Origin: Methanomethylovorans hollandica DSM 15978
GTDB taxonomy: Archaea; Halobacteriota; Methanosarcinia; Methanosarcinales; Methanosarcinaceae
Direction: 5' to 3'
NCBI RefSeq assembly: GCF_000328665.1
Contig: NC_019977.1
Coordinates: 2,224,011-2,288,010 of the forward strand
DNA: 64,000 bases
Below are positions 1 through 8,930 of this stretch, piece after piece; position 1 is the first letter of the stretch, and every line of letters starts with the position of its first letter. The notes beneath the pieces were generated by a model. The model saw nothing but the letters and a program-made list of their open reading frames with translations, ran no database searches and had not been told where the DNA came from. The position numbers were made by a program, and so were the translations under genes.

Positions 1-65
1 AAATGCTGATAGCAATGAAGATCCCAAAGGATATGGTCAAAAAAGAAGCATTGGCAGGATACTGA
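1..65 (+). CDS. 3' end of an upstream gene (partial, product not identifiable)
   Basis: Open frame ...MLIAMKIPKDMVKKEALAGY* ends TGA at 63-65, just before the RBS-like GGAGA of afpA. Confidence 0.4.
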   Translation, partial: MLIAMKIPKDMVKKEALAGY

Positions 66-81
66 TTAGTGGAGAGATGAC

Positions 82-627
82 ATGAAAAGAATAGCATGGG
101 GAATAACAGGTTCAGGAGACCTTATAAGAGAAACGTGTGACATAATGTTGGACATCAAAAAAAGAGCAGATATAGAGCTAATGACCTTCTTGTCCAAAGA
201 GGGAGAGGTTGTCCTGAAATGGTATAAGATGTGGGATGACTTTAAGACAAACTTCCCGGATCTGAAGACCGAAGGAGGACCTAATTCACCATTCATTGCA
301 GGACCCTTGCAACTTGGACATTATGATATGCTGATAATAGCACCTGCAACTGCCAACACCGTGGCAAAGATAGTGCATGGCATTGCAGACACACTTGTAA
401 CAAATGCTGTTTCTCAGACTGCAAAAGGTGATACCCCGATCTATATCCTGCCAGTGGACAGAAAGAAGGGAACTGTAACCACTTACTCGCCAAAGGGCAA
501 GGAAATAATACTCAAAATGAGAGACATAGATATAGAGAACACAGAAAAGCTGTCCCGTATGGAAAATATCATAATACTTGACAGTCCTGAGGAACTATAT
601 AGAATAATAGGTGTTTCCAAAGAATGA
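82..627 (+). CDS. afpA: archaeoflavoprotein AfpA (HFCD flavoprotein family)
   Basis: N-terminal KRIAWGITGSG and the HFCD motif IAPATANTVAKIVHGIADTLVTN. Confidence 0.85.
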   Translation: MKRIAWGITGSGDLIRETCDIMLDIKKRADIELMTFLSKEGEVVLKWYKMWDDFKTNFPDLKTEGGPNSPFIAGPLQLGHYDMLIIAPATANTVAKIVHGIADTLVTNAVSQTAKGDTPIYILPVDRKKGTVTTYSPKGKEIILKMRDIDIENTEKLSRMENIIILDSPEELYRIIGVSKE

Positions 628-631
628 GGTT

Positions 632-1450
632 TCACATAAAAGTGAAACCTTCATTTATATAAGGTTCATCAATCACTTTTCCCGGAACCAGCATGTGCAG
701 AACACTGAATACAGAATACGCTGCTATGATGCTGTCCAGAGCATCACCGTCGGCGTTCTGCAAAGCCTTGTCCCGTATATCTTCGGGCAGATCCAATGCC
801 TTTCTTTCAAGGTGGTCCAGAATATGTTCTCTAACTGCCTGCTTCTTTGCTCCTTTTCCTTTATAGGGAATATACAATCCTTCCTTTTTCAGAGCAGAGG
901 CTGGGCATATTTCTATAATCCATGGGACATCGGCCCTAAGAGACTGCATAGGCAATATACTGGCAGCATCTGAGATCACAAGTGGTCTTATGATGTCCCG
1001 TATACCAAAATAGGTCTGCCTGTACAATCTGAGGTTATAAACACAAAAGGGAGCTTTTACATCTTTGTCCGTTGCTCTTTTGAGCTCTACATTCCCTGAA
1101 GTTCTGCGGTTTATATCTCTAAACTCATCTTCACTGGCATAAAGTTCTGGAAAATGCCTTATGAACTCATTCCAGCTGAGTCCCTGCATGAGCGGAAGCG
1201 GAATTCCAAAAGGAAAATCCATACCAAAAATAGAACTTTTACTGGAACATATAAGACCAAGCAGAGCACGAAGGCCATGGTCCCTGCCCAGTTTAGCTGG
1301 ACTGACCTCACTGAGAGGATAACATTCCACAAGAACTAATCTTTCCCCGATCACTTGCCCGTGGCTGATCCATATCTTATTACAAGCAGCCTTTGCGCCG
1401 CTAAAATCCACACCGAAGATATCGTGCTGGCCGGATGAAGCCAGGGACAT
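632..1450 (-). CDS. DUF429-like protein (predicted RNase H-fold nuclease)
   Basis: GVDFSGA, GMDFPFG, EICPAS and DALDSIIAA motifs. Start moved to ATG 1450 to avoid overlap with ino1. Confidence 0.65.
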   Translation of the reverse strand: MSLASSGQHDIFGVDFSGAKAACNKIWISHGQVIGERLVLVECYPLSEVSPAKLGRDHGLRALLGLICSSKSSIFGMDFPFGIPLPLMQGLSWNEFIRHFPELYASEDEFRDINRRTSGNVELKRATDKDVKAPFCVYNLRLYRQTYFGIRDIIRPLVISDAASILPMQSLRADVPWIIEICPASALKKEGLYIPYKGKGAKKQAVREHILDHLERKALDLPEDIRDKALQNADGDALDSIIAAYSVFSVLHMLVPGKVIDEPYINEGFTFM

Positions 1451-1454
1451 ATGT

Positions 1455-2558
1455 TTAATAATCCCTGGTACCCTCAATGAATTCAAGGGTCATGTTGTAG
1501 GCCTCATCGTCAGTGAACTGTTTAGGAGGATGTTTCATGAAATATGCAGACGGAGAATAAAGTATACCGCCAATACCTCTGTCCAGGGCAAGCCTGCAGC
1601 ACCTTATGGCATCAATGACTACACCGGCAGAATTGGGTGAGTCTTCCACTGACAGGCGCAACTCGATGTTCATAGGTACATCACCGAAAAGCTTGCCTTC
1701 CATCCTGAGGAAACATACTTTATTGTCATTCTGCCAGGGCACATAATCGCTTGGACCCACATGTATATTGTCATCATCCAGACGCTCTCCTACAACAGAC
1801 TGCACAGCTTCGGTCTTGGACTCTTTCTTAGAAGCAAGCCTGCTTCGATTTAGCATGTTAAGGAAATCAGTGTTACCCCCGGTGTTCAGCTGATATGTTC
1901 TTTCAAGTTTGACACCCCTCTTGCGGAAAAGATCAACAAGGGTACGGTGTGTGATGGTAGCGCCAAGCTGGGCTTTGATATCATCCCCGATTATAGGAAG
2001 ACCTTTTTCAGCAAAACGGGCAGCCCACTTAGGATTGCTTGCGATGAAAACCGGCATGTTGTTAACAAAAGCCATACCTGCCTCAAGAGCACATTCTGCA
2101 TAGAACTGGGTGGCCAGTTCGGACCCCACTGGCATGTAATTCAAAAGGATCTCCGCCCCTGAATTTGTAAGTTCCTTGACAACCTGTTCTTTTTCTGATT
2201 CAGGTGCCTTTGAGACAATGAATTTACGGGAGTCAGCATAGTCTGCCATATGCTCTGAAACCCCATCCAGCACTTTTCCCATCTTCACAGTGACGCCTGT
2301 TTTTGGAACACTGCAACAGAACACAGCAGTGCAGTTGGGCAGGGCAAAGATCGCTTCTGATAAGTCCTTTCCAACCTTCCTCTCATCTATGTCAAAGGCA
2401 GCTACCACTTCTATATCAAAGGGCTTGTAACCACCCAGATCCCAGTGCATAAGCCCGATGGCATCCTTTGAAGATTTATCTTTATAGTACTCAATACCCT
2501 GAATGAGTGAACTGGCACAGTTACCAATTCCGGCAATAGCTATCTTTATTTTGCCCAT
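1455..2558 (-). CDS. ino1: myo-inositol-1-phosphate synthase
   Basis: IAGIGNCASSLIQG, GDDIKAQLGAT, LNTGGNTDFLNM and EDSPNSAGV motifs. Confidence 0.95.
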   Translation of the reverse strand: MGKIKIAIAGIGNCASSLIQGIEYYKDKSSKDAIGLMHWDLGGYKPFDIEVVAAFDIDERKVGKDLSEAIFALPNCTAVFCCSVPKTGVTVKMGKVLDGVSEHMADYADSRKFIVSKAPESEKEQVVKELTNSGAEILLNYMPVGSELATQFYAECALEAGMAFVNNMPVFIASNPKWAARFAEKGLPIIGDDIKAQLGATITHRTLVDLFRKRGVKLERTYQLNTGGNTDFLNMLNRSRLASKKESKTEAVQSVVGERLDDDNIHVGPSDYVPWQNDNKVCFLRMEGKLFGDVPMNIELRLSVEDSPNSAGVVIDAIRCCRLALDRGIGGILYSPSAYFMKHPPKQFTDDEAYNMTLEFIEGTRDY

Positions 2559-2840
2559 TAGATTACCTCATGATCAAAAGAATTGAAGAATATGAACCCA
2601 CATGATAAATTTAAACTTCATAATGGATAAGGGGTAATAAAAAGGTTTCTAAATACAAATATTCACTAGCTTGCCTTTCTATCGATGGAATGCCTGCCCA
2701 AAATGTTGTATATATGTTCGAAAGTTATATAATTTATATAGGTTATAGTCACAGAGTGTGGGGAATTGCAAATTGATCTTTAGCCATATATACATATCCG
2801 TATAATCCATATACATAAAAACAGATGGAGATGACGAATA

Positions 2841-3332
2841 ATGAAAGATGTATTACAGGAAATTTCGGAGCAACTTGACAAATTGGATACATTGGAAGAA
2901 GCCATTGATGTAGCCATCAAACTTGAAGAAGACGGAAGGGAATACTATCTTGAAAAATCGGGATCAATGCCTAACCCGGCTGCCCGCGAGATGTATGCAT
3001 TTCTTGCAGGGGAAGAGAAGAAACATGCTGATATGCTGAGAAAGTTCAAAAACGGAGACACGAGCGCTGCACATGTTGAACATCTTTTCCCGGACTTTAC
3101 ACCTTCTTTGACACAGGAATTCTCAGACAAGAAACTCGAAGAGATAGGCATACTGCTTGCTGCCCTGCGCTTTGAGTACAAGAGCGAGTATTTCTATATG
3201 GAACTTGGAAAAAGGGCAACAGAGCCTGAACAGAAAGAGTTTTTTGACAGGATAGCTGCAGCGGAAAGAGGGCATTACAGGCTTATAGATGAAATGCTGC
3301 AGGCTGCTACAGAGTTCAGGATGCAGACATGA
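2841..3332 (+). CDS. ferritin-like/rubrerythrin family protein
   Basis: Paired E...ExxH di-iron motifs (LEEDG..EEKKH; FEYKS..AERGH). Confidence 0.8.
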   Translation: MKDVLQEISEQLDKLDTLEEAIDVAIKLEEDGREYYLEKSGSMPNPAAREMYAFLAGEEKKHADMLRKFKNGDTSAAHVEHLFPDFTPSLTQEFSDKKLEEIGILLAALRFEYKSEYFYMELGKRATEPEQKEFFDRIAAAERGHYRLIDEMLQAATEFRMQT

Positions 3333-3341
3333 AGGAGAGAT

Positions 3342-4550
3342 GTGTACGTGGGAAATGAAATACAGACTGTACAAATATCCGAAGGTGTTTACTGGGTAGG
3401 TGTGGTAGACTGGAACCTGCGGGATTTCCATGGGTATGAAACACCTAAAGGTGGAACTTACAACTCATATCTGATAATAGACGAGAATATAACGCTTATC
3501 GATACTGTTAAAGCACCCTTCTTCGAAGAGATGCTGGGCAGAATCTCCCAGATAGTGGATCCTTCGAAGATAGACTACATTGTGTCCAACCATGTTGAAA
3601 TGGACCATTCCAGTTCCTTACCGGCTATGATGGAAGTATGCCCCAATGCAAAGTTATTTTGCTCTGCAAAAGGCAAGAAGGGCCTGTTCGAACATTACCG
3701 TGAGATGGGATTCGAGAAATGGGATATACAGGTAGTTAATACCGGGGATGAGATAAGCATCGGAAAAAGGACCCTGCAGTTCATTGAAGTTGTGATGCTG
3801 CACTGGCCGGACAGTATGCATACATATCTCAAGGAAGACAGGTTACTCTTCTCTAACGATGCATTTGGACAGCATATAGCAACCTCGGAAAGGTTCGAGG
3901 ACCAGGTAGAAGGCGTTATGGAGGACGCGCAGATATATTATGCCAACATCCTCATGCCTTTTGGCAAACAGGTCCTCGGTTACGCTGAGAAAATAAAGCA
4001 GATGGGGCTCAAGATCGACATGATAGCTCCTGCGCATGGAGTAATATGGAGAAAGGAACCTGAAAGGATAGTCGAATCCTATGTCAAATGGGCCAATGCT
4101 GAGGCAAAACCTGAGGTACTCATAGTGTATGACACAATGTGGAACAGCACTGAGATAATGGCAAAGGAGGTCCTTGAAGGTGTGCAATCCGCGGGAGTGG
4201 ATGTGAAACTCAGGAACCTACGCAAGAATGACTGGAGCAAGATAACAAAGGAACTTATGGATGCATCGGTAATTGCCATAGGTTCCCCTACGCTGAACAA
4301 TAATATGTTCTTCACCGTTGCAGGATTTCTTAGCTATATGAAAGGCCTCCGGCCAAAAGGCAAGAAGTTCTTTGTATTCGGCTCTTACGGTTGGGGCGGC
4401 GGTGCAGTGAAAGGAATTGAAAAAGAACTCACTGAATCAGGTTTTGAGATCGTGGAACCTGGGTTCCAGATCAACTTCAGGCCATTTGAAGAAGACCGTG
4501 CAAAATGCAGGGAAATCGGCAGCCGGCTTGCTTCCCTTGCAAAGGAATAA
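3342..4550 (+). CDS. fprA: flavodiiron protein FprA (F420H2 oxidase / O2-NO reductase type)
   Basis: GGTYNSYLI, NHVEMDHS, HWPDSM and APAHG motifs plus a C-terminal flavodoxin domain (GSPT, GSYGW). Confidence 0.93.
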   Translation: MYVGNEIQTVQISEGVYWVGVVDWNLRDFHGYETPKGGTYNSYLIIDENITLIDTVKAPFFEEMLGRISQIVDPSKIDYIVSNHVEMDHSSSLPAMMEVCPNAKLFCSAKGKKGLFEHYREMGFEKWDIQVVNTGDEISIGKRTLQFIEVVMLHWPDSMHTYLKEDRLLFSNDAFGQHIATSERFEDQVEGVMEDAQIYYANILMPFGKQVLGYAEKIKQMGLKIDMIAPAHGVIWRKEPERIVESYVKWANAEAKPEVLIVYDTMWNSTEIMAKEVLEGVQSAGVDVKLRNLRKNDWSKITKELMDASVIAIGSPTLNNNMFFTVAGFLSYMKGLRPKGKKFFVFGSYGWGGGAVKGIEKELTESGFEIVEPGFQINFRPFEEDRAKCREIGSRLASLAKE

Positions 4551-4593
4551 ATCATAGTACATAAGAATAGTTTCTGAACAAAGGAGTGTTAAC

Positions 4594-4869
4594 ATGCAAT
4601 TCAATAATCCACTTGAAGAAGAATTTTATGAGAAGTCTAAGAAAAATGCGGTCCAAACCGGATACAGGCTGAACCCTGACTATGATGTAGTAGTTATAGC
4701 AGTGAAGGGTATAACCAACAATAAGAAGGAATATGGTGAATGGTATTGCTTCTGTCAGAAGAGGACGGGAGATAAAGAAGCTGACAAGAAGATCATTTGT
4801 CCTTGTGCGGCCAGAAACCGTGACATAGAGATGCGCGGGTCCTGCAGATGTGGCCTGTACATTAAATAA
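4594..4869 (+). CDS. ferredoxin:thioredoxin reductase catalytic-subunit-like protein
   Basis: GYRLNPD plus CFC...CPC...CRCGLY three CxC motifs. Confidence 0.85.
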   Translation: MQFNNPLEEEFYEKSKKNAVQTGYRLNPDYDVVVIAVKGITNNKKEYGEWYCFCQKRTGDKEADKKIICPCAARNRDIEMRGSCRCGLYIK

Positions 4870-4893
4870 GTACACTTAAAGTGCAACTTTATG

Positions 4894-4938
4894 ATATCCC
4901 TTTGACATCAATTTTAAAGGGATATATGATCTTTTTTT
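4894..4938 (+). terminator. hairpin + T-tract after the rubrerythrin-fprA-FTR cluster
   Basis: ATATCCCTTT(4894-4903)/AAAGGGATAT(4916-4925) inverted repeat followed by T7. Confidence 0.55.
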
Positions 4939-5270
4939 GATCAATCTTTTGTATCACATTTTATCATGCATCTGATCTTAGGTGATGCATTCTGTGATCT
5001 GTAATTAACAACCGTCAGCAAATACTTAAATAATACATAGTTAAATCCTTTATTGCTCTTTCAAGGGATCCGCCAAATGATCTTGCTGTAGTTTCATTTA
5101 CTATAGCACCCACAAATGACAAAAAAGGGAGAAACAAAGACAGTGGAAGAGAACTTTCATGCATTGTGGCCTCCGGGAAATGTTCTAAAGGATTATATTC
5201 GAAATGCATGGAAAATGTAGTGTATCTGACAATATGTGCTACACATTTGCTATATCGGGTAGGCAATAAA

Positions 5271-5747
5271 GTGAGAAGGGTATTTACCATAGACGAAAAT
5301 TTCTGTGATATAACTTTTCGTGAAAATGTACCTGCTTCTGCAACCACCGGCGGTGCGATGCTCAATACTGCTGTTTCTCTTGCAAGATGCGGGATAGATG
5401 TAACACTGATAAGCGAGTTCTCTGCAGACCATTTAGGCAGCACTAGAAATGACTTCCTGATGTCCAATGCAGTGAATACCGAGAGCATATATAGATATGA
5501 AAGAAAAAATCCTCTTGCACTGGCTTTTCTGGATGAGATGAATGATGCAGAATATGCTCTTTATGAAGCATATCCCTATGAGAGGCTACAGATAGTGAAC
5601 CCTGTTCTCAAGAAAGGTGGCATCATACTTTTTGGCTCGCTGATGGCAGTATCAGAGCAGGTTAGAAAGAAACTTTCGGACATATTGAAAAGTGCAGGAG
5701 AACATATCACTGGCACATGTGGTAAAGGATTTTTTATATGCATTTAA
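5271..5747 (+). pseudogene. truncated PfkB-family carbohydrate kinase
   Basis: PfkB N-terminal signature (GGAMLNTAVSLARCG...LISEF...LAFLDE), but only ~159 aa. No C-terminal DTxGAGD motif and conserved glycines appear altered. Confidence 0.6.
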
Positions 5748-5759
5748 CAGGAGAATGAC

Positions 5760-8471
5760 ATGAATACCGAGGAAGCCCTTTTGGAACTGGAAAGCTCCCC
5801 TGAGGGGCTATCGAACGAGGAAGCTAAGAAAAGGCTTGTAAGGTACGGACCTAACCAGCTTGAAGAAAAAAACAGAGTCACCCCTTTGAAGGTTTTTGTA
5901 AGGCAGTTGGCAAATGTAATAGTGTGGGTACTTGCTGCTGCTGCCATAATATCGCTGATGGCACACGAAGTAATCAATTTCTGGGCCATAATCGGTATCA
6001 TCCTCTTTGTAATACTTATGGGGTTCCTGCAGGAATACAGGGCAGAAAAGGCCATGGAAGCCTTAAAGAAGTTCGTGCAGCCGCTCACACGAGTGCACAG
6101 GGAAGGGACACTGAAGGAGATACCTTCCAGTGAAGTTGTTCCCGGGGACATACTGATGCTTGAAAGCGGAGATATGATACCAGCAGATGCTCTTGTGATG
6201 GAGATGGTGGGGCTTCGGATAGAAGAGGCGGCACTGACCGGGGAGAGCATGCCTGTGAGCAAAGAAAAGAATGATATGATCTTTGCAGGTACCCAGATAG
6301 TGCATGGTAAATGCAGCGCTCTTGTGGTTGCCACGGGCATGGGAACAAAACTGGGAGAAATTGCCGGACTGGTACAGCAGGAGGAGGAAACAACCCCTCT
6401 GCAGCAGAAGATTGCGAAGCTTGCACGTACACTGGCCATCATTGCCCTGATAGCTTCGCTGATCACTTTAGTCACGGGCGTATCAAAGGGAGCTCCGGTT
6501 GCAGAGATGCTCTTGATAGCCATTGCGTTAGCTGTGGCTGCAGTGCCTGAAGGTTTACCACTTACCATGACCATCACTCTTGCCAGCGGGATGAGACACA
6601 TGGCGAAGCATAATGCCATTATAAGAAAAATGCTGGGTGTGGAAACACTAGGTTCCACTACTGTGATCTGTACTGACAAGACAGGTACCCTTACCCGCAA
6701 CGAAATGATCGTGAGGAGGATCATCCTTCCTGGAAGGGAACTGGATGTTACCGGGAAGGGATATGAGCCGATAGGAGAACTGCTTGATGATAAAACTCCG
6801 GTTGACGTTGAGAACGATAAAGGACTGGAACTGTTGCTCACAGCCGGGGCCCTGTGCAACAATGCTGCACTGGAAGAATCGGATAACGAATGGAAAGGTG
6901 TGGGAGACCCTACGGAAATTGCCCTGATAGTGACTGCAGCTAAAGCAGGGGTATGGAAGGGAAAGGTGGATAATGAACTGCCAAGGTTGCAAGAGGTCAT
7001 ATTCACATCTGAAAGGAAGATGATGAGCACACTGCACGATACACAGGAACATGAGATGGCCTTTACAAAAGGTGCTCCTGAAATGGTGCTTGACAGGTGC
7101 ACGCGCATATATGGTCCTTACGGAATGAGGGACCTTACGGAGCAGGACAGAGAGGAGATGCTTGAGAAAAACCGTGAACTTGCGCAAAGAACATATCGTG
7201 TGCTTGCCCTGGCGTACAGGCCGCTTGACATTAGGAGCGAGGAGCTTGAGAAAGATATGATCTTCCTCGGACTCGTGGCTATGCTGGACCCGCCCCGGGA
7301 AGAGGCAAAAAGTGCCATTGAGACCTGCCATAAGGCGGGGATCAAGGTTGTCATGATCACAGGGGATAATCAGGAGACTGCAAAGGCCATTGCCAGAGAG
7401 ATCGGCCTCTCTGATGGCACTGTGTGCCTGGATAATATCACTGATGAGAAGATAAGGAACATTGTGGCTGACGGAGCCATCACCGGTACTGAACTGGACG
7501 AGCTTGATGACGAAGAGTTCAAAAGCGTGGTAGAAGGGATAAATATCTACGCAAGAGCAAGGCCGGAACAGAAGCTCAGGATCATCAAAGCGCTGCAGGA
7601 CAAGGGACAGGTAGTGGCTATGACAGGAGACGGGGTCAATGACGCTCCTGCCCTGCGTAAAGCCGACATAGGCATTTCCATGGGTGTCAAGGGTACCGAT
7701 GTGGCGCGTGAAGCCAGTGTGATGGTCCTGCAGGACGATAATTTCGCCACAATTGTGGAAGCTGTGAAGATGGGCAGAGGTATCTACGCCAATATAGAGA
7801 AGTTCACCACGTACCTGGTATCCCGTAACTTCACTGAGATGATGCTCATCCTCATTGCAATAACCCTTCTGGGTTTCAACTACATACCCTTGCTGGCTCT
7901 TCAGATCCTGTTCATCAACATGTTCAATGAGGTTGTACCTGCTATATCTCTGGGTATGGACCCGGTGAGAGATAGTATCATGAACAAGAAACCCCGCGAT
8001 CCGAAGGAAGAGATCCTGGGCAGGCGGAACCTGGTGCTTGTGATCAGTATTGCACTTACTATGAGCATTATATCCTTCCTGGTGTTCCTGATAGCGGATC
8101 CTTTTGCTGATGTGCAGAAGGCAAGGACACTCACGTTCGTGACCATAGTCAGCATGGCACTGTTCGTACCCAATGCCTTCAGATCCCTTGATGAACCTGC
8201 CATAAAAATGGGACTGTTCTCCAACAGATTGATGCTGGGAGGGATGCTCATCACCTTGCTGCTGATCCTGTCAGTAGTGTACATCCCGCTGTTCCAGATG
8301 GTATTTGAACTGACACCCTTAAGCCTTGAGGACTGGGTGCTGCCCATTGGAGCTGCTTTCCTTACACTGCTCATAGCCGAGGGTATCAAGTTAGTTGCCA
8401 GAGGGCCTAAAGAGGAGGCAGATATAATAAATGCCCAGTGCGGATCTTTAGAAATAACAGTGGATAAATAA
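5760..8471 (+). CDS. cation-translocating P-type ATPase (P2/Ca2+-like)
   Basis: TGES, PEGL, DKTGTLT phosphorylation site, KGAPE, MITGD and GDGVNDAPAL motifs. Confidence 0.95.
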   Translation: MNTEEALLELESSPEGLSNEEAKKRLVRYGPNQLEEKNRVTPLKVFVRQLANVIVWVLAAAAIISLMAHEVINFWAIIGIILFVILMGFLQEYRAEKAMEALKKFVQPLTRVHREGTLKEIPSSEVVPGDILMLESGDMIPADALVMEMVGLRIEEAALTGESMPVSKEKNDMIFAGTQIVHGKCSALVVATGMGTKLGEIAGLVQQEEETTPLQQKIAKLARTLAIIALIASLITLVTGVSKGAPVAEMLLIAIALAVAAVPEGLPLTMTITLASGMRHMAKHNAIIRKMLGVETLGSTTVICTDKTGTLTRNEMIVRRIILPGRELDVTGKGYEPIGELLDDKTPVDVENDKGLELLLTAGALCNNAALEESDNEWKGVGDPTEIALIVTAAKAGVWKGKVDNELPRLQEVIFTSERKMMSTLHDTQEHEMAFTKGAPEMVLDRCTRIYGPYGMRDLTEQDREEMLEKNRELAQRTYRVLALAYRPLDIRSEELEKDMIFLGLVAMLDPPREEAKSAIETCHKAGIKVVMITGDNQETAKAIAREIGLSDGTVCLDNITDEKIRNIVADGAITGTELDELDDEEFKSVVEGINIYARARPEQKLRIIKALQDKGQVVAMTGDGVNDAPALRKADIGISMGVKGTDVAREASVMVLQDDNFATIVEAVKMGRGIYANIEKFTTYLVSRNFTEMMLILIAITLLGFNYIPLLALQILFINMFNEVVPAISLGMDPVRDSIMNKKPRDPKEEILGRRNLVLVISIALTMSIISFLVFLIADPFADVQKARTLTFVTIVSMALFVPNAFRSLDEPAIKMGLFSNRLMLGGMLITLLLILSVVYIPLFQMVFELTPLSLEDWVLPIGAAFLTLLIAEGIKLVARGPKEEADIINAQCGSLEITVDK

Positions 8472-8596
8472 AAAATGCACGCGGTCCGTGAGGACCTGTG
8501 CATCACGACAGGTGATACAACTGTGTAACTCTGTATATTGAGTTTTCTTTCCACATCAGCGGGAGCTATGCCGCTCTTCTGCTGAAAGTGTGGACC
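8470..8596. ncRNA. candidate structured RNA (four consecutive hairpins)
   Basis: TGCACGCGGTCC-GTGA-GGACCTGTGCA; ATCAC..GTGAT; AACTC..GAGTT; CCACATCAGCGGGAGC..GCTCTTCTGCTGAAAGTGTGG. Confidence 0.35.
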
Positions 8597-8930
8597 AGAA
8601 TAAGATCCCTATAATAAATCTGTCACTAACTGCTCCTGATTTTTCAGAGGATGTATCAGCTGAGGAGAGTATCATCGGGAAGAGCTCTGCGATCCAAAAA
8701 GCACTAAGAAAGACCTTAATGCCAACCTATGGCTTGCGATGAACGCCGCATGTTTCCTGTGGAGGTTCATTAACTAACCTGCATGGATATTGTGCTCCTG
8801 CATCCAGATGACGGGACGGGCAGCTAAGTAGCCAGCATGCCGGATATATAATTGCAGTAATAACAAACAGTTAATTTATTTTTCAATGAAAAGTAAATAA
8901 ACCTATATATATACGACCATAATATATTCA

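Noticed and set aside
5744..7108. 454-aa antisense ORF (and similar long ones at 26083-27441, 38564-39460, 43209-44072)
   Set aside because: Shadow frames opposite well-conserved genes; Ser-rich, with no recognisable motifs
8475..8528. 17-codon micro-ORF MHAVREDLCITTGDTTV inside the hairpin region
   Set aside because: No RBS or other support; expected by chance
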